Source of the DNA: Hylemonella sp.
GTDB taxonomy: Bacteria; Pseudomonadota; Gammaproteobacteria; Burkholderiales; Burkholderiaceae_C
DNA length: 64,000 nucleotides
Reading direction: 5' to 3'
Assembly (NCBI GenBank): GCA_032118555.1
Contig: JAULXO010000004.1
Span: forward strand, 36,019-100,018
Part shown: positions 9,926-21,914 of the stretch, piece after piece
Numbering within the stretch: the first letter of the stretch is position 1
Layout: every line of letters begins with the position of its first letter
Notes under the pieces: model-generated
What the model was told of the DNA's origin: nothing
Databases searched by the model: none
The model's input: the letters and a program-made list of their open reading frames with translations, nothing else
Program-made: the position numbers and the translations under genes

Positions 9926-10906
9926 TCAATGCGGCTGCAGTCGCGTCTGGGACGCCGCCAGGCCCTGCAGGCGGAACTCGCTCGGGCTCATGCCGGTGTG
10001 CTCGCGAAACACGCGGCTGAAGTGCGAGGGGTTGTTGAAGCCCCAGGACAGCGCGATCTCGGTGATGGGGCGCGTCTGCGCCATCGGGTGCAGCAGTTCG
10101 CGGATGCAGGCCTCCAGCCGCAGATGCTGGATGTAGCAGGCCGGCGTCTGGGTTTCGTCGGCGAACGCGTTGTAGAGGTGGCGCTTGCTGCAGTTGAGTG
10201 CTACGGCGATGCGGTCCACCGTCAGGTCCGGGTCGCGCAGGTGCAGCGCTACGTAGCCACGGATGCGGTCTTTCAGCGCCTCGCGCTGCGTCAGCTGCGT
10301 TTCCTGCCCTGACAGCTCGATCAGCGACATGCGCACCAGCTGGGCGATCAGGTCGCCGGCGCCGCGTGCGGCGTCGGCGCTCATGTGCGGCAGCTCTTCG
10401 AAGGTGCTGCGCATGGTGGACAGCGCCACACGGGCGATGCCGCTGGCGCCGCCGACCGGGCGTGCCATCAGGTTCTCCAGCCGCAGGCCGCGCTCGATCA
10501 TCTGCGCTTTCGGCAGCATGACGATCAGGTGTTCCACGCGCTCGGGGTTGGCCACCGCGTAGCTGCCAGTGGTGTCGTAGATGGTCCAGGCGCCGGGGGC
10601 GACCCAGGCCTGGCGGCCCATCTGCTCCACAGCGGCGCGGCCTTTCATCGGTGCCACGATCTTGAGGTAACCCTCCTCACTGGTGCGCACCATGTCTTCG
10701 GTACGGATGACGCGGTGGCGGTTGGCCTCCAGCTTGGTGAGCACGACGTCGCCGGCGCGCACGCTGGCCATGTGGCCGTCGAAGTCGGTGTCGCCATAGA
10801 GGTCGGACTCCAGGCCGCCGAACTGCTTCCAGACCCACTCGCGCCACAGCGGCGCGCGTTCGCGCGGCGCGACATCGTCCGTCGTGACGGCACGGGCGGC
10901 AGTCAT
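9926..10906 (-). CDS. AraC-family transcriptional regulator (FeaR-like)
   Basis: N-terminal ligand domain; C-terminal ITEIALSWGFNNPSHFSRVFREHTGMSPSEFR. Confidence 0.92.
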   Translation of the reverse strand: MTAARAVTTDDVAPRERAPLWREWVWKQFGGLESDLYGDTDFDGHMASVRAGDVVLTKLEANRHRVIRTEDMVRTSEEGYLKIVAPMKGRAAVEQMGRQAWVAPGAWTIYDTTGSYAVANPERVEHLIVMLPKAQMIERGLRLENLMARPVGGASGIARVALSTMRSTFEELPHMSADAARGAGDLIAQLVRMSLIELSGQETQLTQREALKDRIRGYVALHLRDPDLTVDRIAVALNCSKRHLYNAFADETQTPACYIQHLRLEACIRELLHPMAQTRPITEIALSWGFNNPSHFSRVFREHTGMSPSEFRLQGLAASQTRLQPH

Positions 10907-11117
10907 GCAAATCTCCGGAGCAGGCGGCAGGCAGACATGGTGCAAGGATTATGGGCGCCGGCGCCAAATCCGCGGTGGTGTGGGGGTACAGGGTAAACCC
11001 GGATGCCCATGCGTGAAGCGTCAACTACTTTGTGCACGTTCAGCAAAGCCAGGGCCCGCCGGGCTCCCTAGCATTACCTGTCCAATCCCGGAACCTACCT
11101 TCCACTGGAGACAAAAC

Positions 11118-12311
11118 ATGATTCAAAAAACCAAACGTACCCTGCTCAAAGGCGCTGCCGCTACCGTCGGCGCCGCCACCTTCGCCCCCCACTTGCTGGC
11201 GCAAGCCAAGCCGGTGCGTATCGGCTACGCCATCGCCCGCACCGGCCCCTGGACCGGCGGCGCGCAGGTCAGCCAGGAGCCCAACTACCTGCTGTGGGCC
11301 GAGCAGCAGAACGCGGCCGGCGGCCTGGACGTCAAGGGCGTGCGCCGCCCGATCGAGCTGATCAGCTCTGACGACCGCAGTGACATCGAAACCTGCGTGC
11401 GCTCCTATGAAAAGCTCATGGGCAGCGACAAGGTGGACCTGGTGCTGCCGCCCTGGGGTTCCAACGCCAACTTCGCCGTTGCGCCGCTGGCCAACCGCTT
11501 CCAGTACCCCTTCCTGGCGCCCACGGCCCTGTCCAAGCGCCTGGTCGAGATGAAGCTGCCGTACTTCTTCCTGTTGCTGCAGCAGCCCAAGCCCATGTGC
11601 GACGCGCTGGTCGACATGCTCAAGGCCAACAACGTCAAGACGGTGGCCGTGATCTACGTGGACGACCTGTTCGGCCTGGAAAACTACGCCGCGCTCAAGG
11701 TGGCGCTGCAGGGTACCGGCATCCAGATGGTGGAAGACAAGAGCTACCCGGGCGGCGTCAAGGACCTGTCGCCGGTGCTGCGTTCCATCAAGGACAAGAA
11801 TCCGGATGCCTTCATCGGCTTCACCTACCCGCCGGACACCATCCTGGCCAGCAAGCAGGCCAAGGAGATCGGTTTCAATCCGAAGTACTTCTATGCGTCC
11901 GTCGGCACGGCCTTCCAGCTGTACCGCAACGTCATGACGCCGGCCGGTGCCGAAGGCGTGCTGGGCATGGGTTCGTGGAACGGCAAGACCAGCCCCGGGG
12001 CCAAGGCCTACTTCGACGCCCACACCAAGAAGTTCGGCGGCAAGGAGCCGGACCGCTGGGCCAGCGGTGCCACCTGGGCCGGCCTGGAAATCCTGACCAA
12101 CGCCGTCAAGGCGAACGGACTGGACCGCAAGGCCATCCGTGACTTCATTGCCAACAACACCCACAAGACCATCCTGGGCGACATCAAGTTCGTCGGCAGC
12201 GAGAACGTCGGTACCCCGGGCACCGTCGGCCAATGGCAGAAGGGTGAGTTCGAGGTGGTGTGGCCGCAGAAGGTGGCCACGGCCAAGCTGATCGCCAAAC
12301 CCGCGTGGTGA
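11118..12311 (+). CDS. Liv-type ABC transporter substrate-binding protein
   Basis: Tat-like leader KRTLLKGAAA, VRIG..IARTGP, DKVDLVLPPWGS; RBS GGAG. Confidence 0.9.
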   Translation: MIQKTKRTLLKGAAATVGAATFAPHLLAQAKPVRIGYAIARTGPWTGGAQVSQEPNYLLWAEQQNAAGGLDVKGVRRPIELISSDDRSDIETCVRSYEKLMGSDKVDLVLPPWGSNANFAVAPLANRFQYPFLAPTALSKRLVEMKLPYFFLLLQQPKPMCDALVDMLKANNVKTVAVIYVDDLFGLENYAALKVALQGTGIQMVEDKSYPGGVKDLSPVLRSIKDKNPDAFIGFTYPPDTILASKQAKEIGFNPKYFYASVGTAFQLYRNVMTPAGAEGVLGMGSWNGKTSPGAKAYFDAHTKKFGGKEPDRWASGATWAGLEILTNAVKANGLDRKAIRDFIANNTHKTILGDIKFVGSENVGTPGTVGQWQKGEFEVVWPQKVATAKLIAKPAW

Positions 12312-12312
12312 A

Positions 12313-12400
12313 GCCCCCCTGAGGCGGCCCTGAGGCCGCCTTCCCCCCATTGGGGGGACGCCGCCAGCGGCCCGGCGAAGCCGGTTCCGCGGCGGCCCCC
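12313..12400 (+). repeat. Repeat family A, copy 1 (three-hairpin palindromic element)
   Basis: C-run + hairpin, CCCCCCATTGGGGGG hairpin, core CCCGGCGAAGCCGGTTCCGCGG; starts 2 nt after the stop codon. Confidence 0.8.
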
Positions 12401-12450
12401 GATGACGGCCCCGGCGGTCATTGCGGGTTTTTCTTTTCCCCTGATCTTTT

Positions 12451-13341
12451 ATGTCTATTACTGCCTGGATCGAATTGATCGCCTCCGGTCTGATCACCGG
12501 GGGCATCTATGCGCTGGTTGCGCTGGGGTTGAACCTCCAGTACGGCCTGATGCGCATCCTCAACATTGCCCACGGGGAATTCCTCATGGTGGGCGCCTAC
12601 CTGACCTGGCTGGTGCAGACCAGCTTTGGCATCTCGCCGCTGCTCATGGTGCCGGTCGCCTTCCTCGTGCTGATGGCGCTGGGTGTCGTGGTGCACTTCC
12701 TGTGCTTCCGCCGCCTCACCGCCACCTCGCCCAATCTCGATGTGTTCGAGGCGCGCGGCCTGATGGTGGCTTTTGGCCTGATGTTCCTGGTGCAGAACTT
12801 CGTGTCCTGGATGTGGGGCGGCGACCTGCGCGGCTACGACTACCTCACCGAACCGGTGAAGTTCGGCGAGATGCAGTTCGCGGCCAACAAGCTGCTGGTG
12901 TTCTTCCTGGCGCTGGTGTTCGCCGGTGCGCTCATCGTGCTCATGCGCATGACGCTGCTGGGCAAGGGCGTGCGCGCGCTCATGCAGTCGGCCATCGGCG
13001 CCCAGCTCATGGGCATCGATACCAAGCGCCTGCACCCGCTGATGTTCGGCATCGGCCTGGGGCTGTCCGGCATTGCCGGTGCGCTGCTGTCCATGGCCTA
13101 CACCATCACGCCCTACATGGGTCAGCCCTACACCGTGACGGCGCTGATCGTCATCACCCTGGGCGGCTTTGGCAGCATGGGCGGCGCCCTCATCGGCGGC
13201 TTGTTCCTCGGCGTGATCGAGGCGCTGGGCATGCACTTCACCAACCCCTCGCTCAAGGCCCTGCTGTCCTACGCGGTGTTCATCGCCGTGCTGCTGCTGC
13301 GCCCCGAAGGCCTGTTCACCCGTAAGTCGCGCAAGGCCTGA
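12451..13341 (+). CDS. ABC transporter permease (LivH-like)
   Basis: GGIYALVALGLNL.YG...ILNIAHGEF, LGGFGS. Confidence 0.92.
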   Translation: MSITAWIELIASGLITGGIYALVALGLNLQYGLMRILNIAHGEFLMVGAYLTWLVQTSFGISPLLMVPVAFLVLMALGVVVHFLCFRRLTATSPNLDVFEARGLMVAFGLMFLVQNFVSWMWGGDLRGYDYLTEPVKFGEMQFAANKLLVFFLALVFAGALIVLMRMTLLGKGVRALMQSAIGAQLMGIDTKRLHPLMFGIGLGLSGIAGALLSMAYTITPYMGQPYTVTALIVITLGGFGSMGGALIGGLFLGVIEALGMHFTNPSLKALLSYAVFIAVLLLRPEGLFTRKSRKA

Positions 13342-13346
13342 CCGAT

Positions 13347-14375
13347 ATGAATTCCCGTCAAATCCTCATCCGCGACGTGCTCGTGCTGTTGGCCTTTGCC
13401 GGCTGGGCCCTGGCCCTGCCGCATTACGCCAGCGAGTTCGTCACCTCCATGGCGCTGACCTGTCTGATGTACGTGGCCCTGTCCTCCAGCTGGGGTCTGT
13501 TCTGCGGCAGCACACGCTACCTGTCGCTGGCCACCTCGGCCTTCTTCGGCATCGGCGCCTACACCACCGCCACCCTGTTGGGCCCCTTCGGCTGGGTCGA
13601 GACCATTGCCATCGGCGCCGGCATCGCGGTGGTGGTGGCCATCGTCATGGGGGCGGCCGTGCTGCACCTGCGCGGTACCTACTTTGCCGTGCTGACCTTC
13701 GGCATGACCGAGCTCATCCTGCATGCGGTGACCTACTTCGAGAAGTCGGTCACCGGCACCGTGGGCCGCGTGCTGACCGTGGTGCCGGAAAACCAGGTGA
13801 TCTACCTCACCGTGCTGGCACTGGCCGTGCTGGCGGTGGCGGTGTCCATCTGGGTGCGCCGCACGCGCTTCGGCCTGGCGCTCATGGGCATCGGCGCCGA
13901 CGAGCAGCGCGCCCAGACCCTGGGTGTGAACACGCGCCTGGTCAAGATTGCCGGCTTTGCCATCACGGCGGCGTTTGCCGGCGCGGTGGGGGCGGCCATG
14001 GCGGTGCGCTGGACCTACATCGACCCGCACACGGTGTTCAACCCCTTCATCGGCTTCCAGACCGTGCTGATCACGCTGATCGGCGGCGTGCTCACGCTGT
14101 GGGGCCCGCTGATCGCCGCCATCATCTTCAGCGTGCTGGCCGAGTCGCTGCGCCTGCAGTTCCCGCAGATCTACCTGATGTCGTTGGGTCTGCTGCTCAT
14201 TCTGTGCGTGCTCTACCTGCCGGGCGGCCTGGCCTCCCTGCGTTGGGCCACCTTCAAGGGCTGGTGGACCGACACGCGCGATTGGGCCAAGGACCTGAAG
14301 CGCGAGCTTTCCGGCGAGAAGGAACGCGAGAAGCAGCGCGCCAAGCGCCGCGAGAAGGAGAGTCATTTTGTCTGA
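13347..14375 (+). CDS. ABC transporter permease (LivM-like)
   Basis: LRGTYFAVLT, RFGLAL..IGADE..A..LGVN. Confidence 0.92.
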   Translation: MNSRQILIRDVLVLLAFAGWALALPHYASEFVTSMALTCLMYVALSSSWGLFCGSTRYLSLATSAFFGIGAYTTATLLGPFGWVETIAIGAGIAVVVAIVMGAAVLHLRGTYFAVLTFGMTELILHAVTYFEKSVTGTVGRVLTVVPENQVIYLTVLALAVLAVAVSIWVRRTRFGLALMGIGADEQRAQTLGVNTRLVKIAGFAITAAFAGAVGAAMAVRWTYIDPHTVFNPFIGFQTVLITLIGGVLTLWGPLIAAIIFSVLAESLRLQFPQIYLMSLGLLLILCVLYLPGGLASLRWATFKGWWTDTRDWAKDLKRELSGEKEREKQRAKRREKESHFV

Positions 14376-15176
14376 GCACGCAATCCCCTTGCTGGAGGCG
14401 CACAACGTGACCGTGCGTTTTGGTGGTCTGGTGGCCGTGGATGCGGTGAGTGCCAATTTCACGCCTGGCGAGCTGGTCGGCATCATCGGCCCCAACGGTG
14501 CCGGCAAGACCACGTTCTTCAACGCCATCTCGGGCGTGCTCGCGCCCACCTCTGGCCGCTTGGCGGCGCATGGCCGCAACCTCACCGGGCGTGGCCCGCA
14601 CCGCTTTGCCGCGCATGGCGTGGCGCGCACCTTCCAGACGCCGCGCGTGTTTGCCGACATGCCGGTGGCCGCCAACATCGAGTTCGGCCTCAAGTTCGCC
14701 GGCAAGCGCCGCCGCAAGTACATCTTCTGGGGCGACGAGGTGGATGTGCCGTGGGCGCTGCGCGACGCGACCAGCATCCTGGCGCTGATCGGGCTGTCCG
14801 AGCAGGCGGCCTTGCCGGCGTCGGCCATCACGCCGTCGCAGCAGCGCCTGCTGGAGATCGGCATGGCCCTGGCGACTCGCCCCAAGCTGCTGCTGCTCGA
14901 CGAAGTGGCCGCTGGCCTGACCGAGGCCGAGGTGGAGGAGATGGCGCGCCTGATCCGCCGCCTGCGCGATGAGCTGGACCTGACCGTGATCTGGATCGAG
15001 CACGCCGTGACCACCTTGCTGCGCCATGTGGAGCGCGTCATCGTGTTGCACCAGGGCCGCAAGATTGCCGACGACACGCCGCACAACGTGGTGCGCAACC
15101 CCGAGGTGATCGAGGCCTACCTGGGCGACGAGATGGCCGAGCCCGGCAGCGAGCCGCAGGACGAGGAGGTGGCCGC

Positions 15177-15180
<4 letters not shown>
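14368..15180 (+). CDS. ABC transporter ATP-binding protein (LivG-like)
   Basis: FGGLVAVD, GPNGAGKTT, LLLLDE, IEH, VIEAYLG; TTG start overlapping the livM-like gene. Confidence 0.92.
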
Positions 15181-15983
<803 letters not shown>

Positions 15984-16010
15984 CGAATCGATTCAGTCAA
16001 GGAGAAAACC

Positions 16011-17465
16011 ATGTCCGATATGTCCATGCTCATCAACGGCCTCAAGGTGACGGCCGAGCGCGGTGCCACCTTCGAGCGCCGCAACCCCCTGGATGGCACC
16101 GTGGCCACGCGTGCCCCGGCCGCCTCGCCGGCCGACGCGGTGATGGCCTGTGATGCCGCCGCCGAAGCCTTCAAGACCTGGAGCCAGACCGGCCCGACCG
16201 AGCGCCGCATGCTGCTGCTGAAAGCCGCCGACGCGCTGGAAGCCAAGACGCCCCAGTTCATCGAGGCCGTGGGTGCCGAGACCGGCGGCACCGCCATGTG
16301 GGCCGGTTTCAACTGCATGCTGGCCGCCGGCATGCTGCGCGAGGCCGCCGCGCTGACCACCCAGGTGGCCGGTGAGGTGATTCCGTCCGACGTGCCGGGT
16401 TCGCTCGCCATGGGCGTGCGCCAGCCCGCTGGCGTGGTGCTGGGCATTGCGCCCTGGAACGCGCCCATCATCTTGGCCACGCGTGCCATTGCCACGCCGC
16501 TGGCCTGCGGCAATACCGTCATCCTCAAGGGCTCGGAAAACTGCCCGCGCACGCACCAGCTCATCATCGAGGCGCTGCAGGATGCCGGTTTCCCGCCCGG
16601 CGTGGTGAACTACATCACCAACGCCCCGGCCGATGCCGGCGCCGTGGTGGAAGCCATGGTGGCGCACCCGGCGGTGCGCCGTGTCAACTTCACCGGCTCC
16701 ACCAAGGTCGGCAAGATCATTGCCATGACTTGCGCCAAGTACCTCAAGCCGGTGGTGCTGGAGCTCGGTGGCAAGGCGCCGATGGTCATCCTCGACGACG
16801 CCGACATCGACGACGCGGTGAATGGCGCCGCCTTCGGCTGCTTCGCCAACAGCGGCCAGATCTGCATGTCGACCGAGCGCATCATCGTCGACAGCAAGAT
16901 TGCTGACGAGTTCGTCAAGCGCTTTGTGAACAAGGCCAAGAACCTGCCGTTGGGCGACCCGCGCAAGCCCGAGCCGGTGGTGCTGGGCTCGGTGATCGGC
17001 ATGAACACGGTGGAACACTGCAATGCGCTGATCGACGACGCGCTGGCCAAGGGCGCCAAGCTGGTCTGTGGCGAGAAGGCCACCAGCACGCTGATGCCCG
17101 CCACCATCCTTGACCACGTCACGCCGGCCATGAAGATCTACCACGAAGAGACCTTCGGCCCGGTCAAGTGCATCGTGCGCGTCAACGGCGTGGAAGAGGC
17201 GGTGGCCTGCGCCAACGATAACGAGTACGGTCTTTCCGCATCCGTGTTCGGCGGCGACATCGCGCGGGCCTTCAACGTGGCGCGCCGCATCGACTCCGGC
17301 ATCTGCCACGTCAACGGCCCCACGGTGCATGACGAGGCACAGATGCCGTTCGGCGGCGTCAAGGGCTCCGGCATCGGCCGCTTCGGCGGCAAGGCGGGTA
17401 TTGCCGAGTTCACCGAACTGCGCTGGATCACCATGCAGACCACGCCGCGCCACTACCCCTTCTGA
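16011..17465 (+). CDS. Aldehyde dehydrogenase, vanillin/salicylaldehyde dehydrogenase-like
   Basis: GIAPWNAP, FTGST, ELGGKAP, NSGQICMSTER, EETFGP, NGPTVHDEAQMPFGG. Confidence 0.9.
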   Translation: MSDMSMLINGLKVTAERGATFERRNPLDGTVATRAPAASPADAVMACDAAAEAFKTWSQTGPTERRMLLLKAADALEAKTPQFIEAVGAETGGTAMWAGFNCMLAAGMLREAAALTTQVAGEVIPSDVPGSLAMGVRQPAGVVLGIAPWNAPIILATRAIATPLACGNTVILKGSENCPRTHQLIIEALQDAGFPPGVVNYITNAPADAGAVVEAMVAHPAVRRVNFTGSTKVGKIIAMTCAKYLKPVVLELGGKAPMVILDDADIDDAVNGAAFGCFANSGQICMSTERIIVDSKIADEFVKRFVNKAKNLPLGDPRKPEPVVLGSVIGMNTVEHCNALIDDALAKGAKLVCGEKATSTLMPATILDHVTPAMKIYHEETFGPVKCIVRVNGVEEAVACANDNEYGLSASVFGGDIARAFNVARRIDSGICHVNGPTVHDEAQMPFGGVKGSGIGRFGGKAGIAEFTELRWITMQTTPRHYPF

Positions 17466-17501
17466 GGGCGCTCGCCAGGGCGGCGGCTTGCGGGTCGCCG
17501 C

Positions 17502-19472
17502 TCAGGCGCTGCGGTAGACCCGGGCGGCATTCTTGCCGCCTTTTTTCACCTGGTACATGGCCTGGTCGGCGTGCTCGCTCAGGTCGTCGGCCGAGGTGCC
17601 ATGCTGCGGGTAGACCGCGATGCCGATGCTCAGCGACACGTAGCCTTCGCCGCCGTCGGGCAGCGGGATCGGGCGCCGCACTTCGGCATTGAACTTCTCG
17701 GCCAGCTGCATCGCGGCCTGCTCGTCGTGCACGTCCTGCAGCAGCACCACGAACTCGTCGCCACCGATGCGCGCCAGTGTGTCGGAGGCGCGGATGCAGC
17801 GCTGAATGCGCCGTGCCAGCGTCTGCAGCACCACGTCGCCAGCCTCGTGGCCGTGCTCGTCGTTGACGCGCTTGAAGCCGTCCAGGTCCATGTACATCAC
17901 GGCCAGCCGCGTGTGTTCGCGCACCGCCAGCTGCAGCGCCTGCGTCAGGCGGTCGCCCAGCAGGACGCGGTTGGGCAGGTCGGTCAGCGGGTCGTGGTGG
18001 GCGCCGTGTTTGTAGATCTCTTCCTGCTGCTTGTGCTGGCTGATGTCCTGGTGCGTGCCGTACATCATCAGCGGCTTGCCGTCGGGCGTGCGACTGGCGA
18101 CCATGCCGCGGTCCTGCACCCAGACCCAGTGGCCGTCCTTGTGGCGCATGCGCGCCTCGCAGTCGTAGTGCGGCAGTTCGCCGCTGAAGTGCCGCTGCAG
18201 CAACTGCTCGGACTTCACCAGATCGTCCGGGTGCATGAGCCGGCTCCAGGTGGCGATGGAGACCGGTGCCAGCTCGGCCAGCTCGTAGCCGATCAGGCGG
18301 GCCCATTCATCGTTGAAGGTGGTTTCGCCGGTCTGCACATTCCATTCCCAGGTGCCCACGCGTGTGCCTTCGAGAATGGCGGCCAGCCGGTTGTGTTCCA
18401 CAACCAGCGCCTGGTTGAGGCGCAGCGCGGCCTGTTCGGCACGCTGTCGCGCCGACACCAGCGCCCACACCAGGGCCGCCAGCACCAGGCTGAGCAGTGC
18501 GGCGCTGCTGCCCATCACCAGCGGCAGACGGTGATCCATCTGCGACAGCAGCAGGTCGGAGGCGCGGATGCGCAGCGTCCAGGTGCGACCCATCAAGGCC
18601 AGCGTGCGCACGGTTTCGTGTCGCGGGCGCCCGTCGTCCTTCGCGGCCGGCATGGTGTGCATCAGGGCGGCGGGTGTCATCTCGGGGCCGTCGTAGATGT
18701 CGATCAGCAGATCACCCGCCTGGTCGCCCAGCAGTGCGCCCATGAAGTCGTTCATGCGGAACGGCGCGTAGACCCAGCCCACCAGTTGCTGCTGGCGTTC
18801 TTCGGGCGTGGCGGGCGGCTGCCGGCTGCGGTAGACCGGGAGGTAGATCAGGAAGCCGGCCTGCTCGTTGACGCCATCCTCCTGCACCAGCCGCACCTTG
18901 CCGGACAGGCTCATCTCGGCGGTTTCGGTGGCGCGGTCCATCGTGGCGCGGCGCACGGCATCGGAGTACATGTCGTAGCCGATGGCGCGCAGGTTGCGGC
19001 CCAGTTCGGGTTCGAGCATCACGATGGCGGTGTACACCGTGCGCGGCCCCGGCGGGTAAACGCTGTAGCCCGGCATGCCTTGCTGGCGCACGGCCTGTTC
19101 ATGCGCGGCCAGTTCATCGGGGCGCAGCCGCTGTGCATAGCCGACGCCCTGGATGCCGGTGTACACCGTGCCGATGCCCTGCAGGTGCACGTATTGCCGG
19201 AACTGCTGCCGGTTGACGGACGCCTGTGTGCGGTACAGCGCCGCCACACCGCGCAGCAACTGCTCGTAGGTGTTGATGCGCGATTCCAGCAGGGTCGTGA
19301 TCTTGCGCACTTCGCTCTGGAAAAAGACCTGGTGCTGCTGTTCCTGTTGCTCGAAGGTGCGCACATAGACCAGCGCGCTCAGTGCCAGCCCGAGCGTCAG
19401 CACCAGCACCGGCAGTGCGCGCCACAACGGCGCCATGGTGGGCAGTTCGATCTGGAGCGGGCTTTGCTGCAT
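17502..19472 (-). CDS. CHASE-PAS-GGDEF diguanylate cyclase
   Basis: TM-CHASE (RAIGYDMYSD, GWVYAPFR)-TM, PAS (WEWN...HPDD), DLDGFKRVND, RIGGDEF; start codon uncertain. Confidence 0.92.
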   Translation of the reverse strand: MQQSPLQIELPTMAPLWRALPVLVLTLGLALSALVYVRTFEQQEQQHQVFFQSEVRKITTLLESRINTYEQLLRGVAALYRTQASVNRQQFRQYVHLQGIGTVYTGIQGVGYAQRLRPDELAAHEQAVRQQGMPGYSVYPPGPRTVYTAIVMLEPELGRNLRAIGYDMYSDAVRRATMDRATETAEMSLSGKVRLVQEDGVNEQAGFLIYLPVYRSRQPPATPEERQQQLVGWVYAPFRMNDFMGALLGDQAGDLLIDIYDGPEMTPAALMHTMPAAKDDGRPRHETVRTLALMGRTWTLRIRASDLLLSQMDHRLPLVMGSSAALLSLVLAALVWALVSARQRAEQAALRLNQALVVEHNRLAAILEGTRVGTWEWNVQTGETTFNDEWARLIGYELAELAPVSIATWSRLMHPDDLVKSEQLLQRHFSGELPHYDCEARMRHKDGHWVWVQDRGMVASRTPDGKPLMMYGTHQDISQHKQQEEIYKHGAHHDPLTDLPNRVLLGDRLTQALQLAVREHTRLAVMYMDLDGFKRVNDEHGHEAGDVVLQTLARRIQRCIRASDTLARIGGDEFVVLLQDVHDEQAAMQLAEKFNAEVRRPIPLPDGGEGYVSLSIGIAVYPQHGTSADDLSEHADQAMYQVKKGGKNAARVYRSA

Positions 19473-19539
19473 GTACCGGTCTTGCTGTAGACGATTTTTG
19501 CAGTTTTGCACCCTGTGCCGGTTTATTCCTTGAGCCAAG

Positions 19540-19797
19540 TCAAGTTGGCTGGGTGGCCTGCTCCAGTTGTTGCAGGAAAGCCATGGCCTGTTCGGCGCTG
19601 CTGCCGCACATGGCGGGTGAGGGCGCCAGACTGCCACAGACGGCCGGGCGTTCCGGCCGGCCGAAGATGCGGCAGCGGTTCATGTCGTCCAGTTGCACGC
19701 AGCGCACCCCTGCCGGCTTGCCGCCAGGCATGCCGGGTATCGGGCTGGAAATGGAGGGCGCGATGCAGCAGGCAGCGCAGCCGGGGCGGCAATCCAT
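19540..19797 (-). CDS. YkgJ-family cysteine-cluster protein
   Basis: [32 protein letters not shown]...C.IFG.PERPAVC. Confidence 0.88.
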   Translation of the reverse strand: MDCRPGCAACCIAPSISSPIPGMPGGKPAGVRCVQLDDMNRCRIFGRPERPAVCGSLAPSPAMCGSSAEQAMAFLQQLEQATQPT

Positions 19798-19802
19798 GGG
19801 GT

Positions 19803-19858
19803 TGCTATTGATTTTGTAGCTGTCTGCGCCCGTGGGATGGGGCGAGGGCGGGGATTTA
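19803..19858 (-). repeat. Repeat family B, copy 2; ends 5 nt before the ykgJ-like ATG
   Basis: Minus strand reads AAATCCCCGCCCTCGCCCCATCCCACGGGCGCAGACAGCTACAAAATCAATAGCA. Confidence 0.7.
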
Positions 19859-19949
19859 ATACCCTGATTGTCGCGCAAATCAGCGCCGGCGGCTAAAATT
19901 GCGGGTTCTGTCCCTTGCGTCAGGCCCTTGTCGGGCCGCGCCCTGCACC

Positions 19950-21914
19950 ATGTTGTACCCCCAAGAATTCGACGTCATCGTTGTCGGCGGCGGCCATGCC
20001 GGTACCGAAGCCGCGCTCGCAGCCGCCCGCATGGGCTGCAAGACCCTGCTGCTGACGCACAACATCGAGACCCTGGGCCAGATGAGCTGCAACCCGTCCA
20101 TCGGCGGCATTGGCAAGGGCCATCTGGTGAAGGAGGTTGACGCGCTCGGCGGCGCCATGGCGGTTGCCACCGACGAGGCCGGCATCCAGTTCCGCATCCT
20201 CAACAGTTCCAAGGGCCCGGCCGTGCGCGCCACCCGCGCCCAGGCCGACCGCATCCTCTACAAGGCCGCCATCCGCCGCCGCCTGGAAAACCAGCCCAAC
20301 CTGTGGCTGTTCCAGCAGGCGGTCGACGACCTGATGGTGGAGGGCGACCGGGTGGTGGGCGCCGTGACGCAGGTCGGCATCCAGTTCCGCAGCCGCACCG
20401 TGGTGCTGACCGCGGGCACCTTCCTCGACGGCAAGATCCACGTCGGCCTGAATAACTACGCCGCCGGCCGTGCTGGCGACCCGCCGGCGGTCAGCCTGTC
20501 GCACCGGCTGAAGGAGTTGCAGCTGCCGCAGGGCCGCCTGAAGACCGGCACCCCGCCGCGCATCGACGGCCGCAGCATCGATTTTTCCCAGTGCACGGAG
20601 CAACCCGGCGATGGCATGCCCGGTGGTGTGAACGAAGGCCAGGTGCCGGTGTTCAGCTTCATGGGCAACACGGCCATGCACCCGCAACAGATGCCGTGCT
20701 GGATCACCCACACCAACGAGCGCACGCACGAGATCATCCGCTCCGGCTTCGACCGCAGCCCCATGTTCACCGGCAAGATCGAAGGGGTGGGGCCGCGTTA
20801 CTGCCCGAGCGTGGAAGACAAGATCAACCGCTTTGCCGACAAGGACAGCCACCAGATCTTCCTCGAACCGGAAGGCTTGACCACCCACGAGTACTACCCC
20901 AACGGCATTTCCACCAGCTTGCCGTTTGATATTCAGTACGACCTGGTGCGCAGCATGAAGGGGCTGGAGAACGCCCACATCCTGCGTCCGGGTTACGCCA
21001 TCGAGTACGACTACTTTGACCCGCGCGCGCTCAAGAGCAGTTTCGAGACCCGGCAGATCGGCGGCCTGTTCTTTGCTGGCCAGATCAACGGCACCACCGG
21101 TTATGAGGAGGCGGCGGCCCAGGGCCTGTTCGCCGGCATCAACGCCGCGCTGCAGTGCCGGGGCGAAGAGGCCTGGCTGCCGCGCCGCGACGAGGCCTAC
21201 CTCGGCGTGCTGGTGGACGACCTCATCACCAAGGGTGTGACCGAGCCCTACCGCATGTTCACCAGCCGGGCCGAGTTCCGCCTGCAGCTGCGGGAGGACA
21301 ACGCCGACATGCGCCTGACCGAGGTCGGCCGCCAGATGGGCCTGGTGGACGACGCCCGCTGGGACGCCTTCAACCGCAAGCGCGATGCTGTTTCACGTGA
21401 AACCGAACGGCTCAAGGCCACCTGGGTCAACCCGCGCAATCTGCCGGCGGCCGAGGCCGAGCGGGTGCTGGGCAAGGGCATTGAGCGCGAATACAACCTG
21501 TTCGACCTGCTGCGCCGCCCAGACGTGAGCTATGCCGGCCTGATGTCGCTGGACGGTGGCAAGTACGCCAACCCCGATGTTTCACGTGAAACCCTGGGCG
21601 ACCTGGCGGAGCCGGTGCTGGAGCAGATCGAGATCGGCGCCAAGTACTCCGGCTACATCGACCGCCAGAAAGACGAGGTCGAGCGCGCCGCCTACTACGA
21701 GAACCTCAAGCTGCCGGCCGACCTGGACTACATGGCGGTCTCGGCCCTGTCCATCGAAGCGCGGCAGAAGCTGCAGAAGCACCGGCCGGAAACCCTGGGT
21801 CAGGCCAGCCGCATCTCCGGCATCACGCCGGCCAGCATCTCGCTGCTGCTGATCCACCTGAAGAAGGGTGGCTTCAAGGGCTTCGTCAAGATCGAAGAGT
21901 CCGCGGCGGCATGA
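19950..21914 (+). CDS. mnmG: tRNA uridine 5-carboxymethylaminomethyl modification enzyme MnmG (GidA)
   Basis: [56 protein letters not shown]. Confidence 0.98.
   Translation: MLYPQEFDVIVVGGGHAGTEAALAAARMGCKTLLLTHNIETLGQMSCNPSIGGIGKGHLVKEVDALGGAMAVATDEAGIQFRILNSSKGPAVRATRAQADRILYKAAIRRRLENQPNLWLFQQAVDDLMVEGDRVVGAVTQVGIQFRSRTVVLTAGTFLDGKIHVGLNNYAAGRAGDPPAVSLSHRLKELQLPQGRLKTGTPPRIDGRSIDFSQCTEQPGDGMPGGVNEGQVPVFSFMGNTAMHPQQMPCWITHTNERTHEIIRSGFDRSPMFTGKIEGVGPRYCPSVEDKINRFADKDSHQIFLEPEGLTTHEYYPNGISTSLPFDIQYDLVRSMKGLENAHILRPGYAIEYDYFDPRALKSSFETRQIGGLFFAGQINGTTGYEEAAAQGLFAGINAALQCRGEEAWLPRRDEAYLGVLVDDLITKGVTEPYRMFTSRAEFRLQLREDNADMRLTEVGRQMGLVDDARWDAFNRKRDAVSRETERLKATWVNPRNLPAAEAERVLGKGIEREYNLFDLLRRPDVSYAGLMSLDGGKYANPDVSRETLGDLAEPVLEQIEIGAKYSGYIDRQKDEVERAAYYENLKLPADLDYMAVSALSIEARQKLQKHRPETLGQASRISGITPASISLLLIHLKKGGFKGFVKIEESAAA
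21389..21404. promoter_or_regulatory. parS site within mnmG (TGTTTCACGTGAAACC)
   Basis: 15/16 match to the chromosomal parS consensus TGTTTCACGTGAAACA. Confidence 0.92.
21578..21593. promoter_or_regulatory. parS site within mnmG (TGTTTCACGTGAAACC)
   Basis: 15/16 match to the consensus. Confidence 0.92.

Noticed and set aside
19860-19950. oriC upstream of mnmG, as in E. coli
   Set aside because: No TTATCCACA boxes or AT-rich unwinding element; the spacer is short and partly occupied by a family B repeat.
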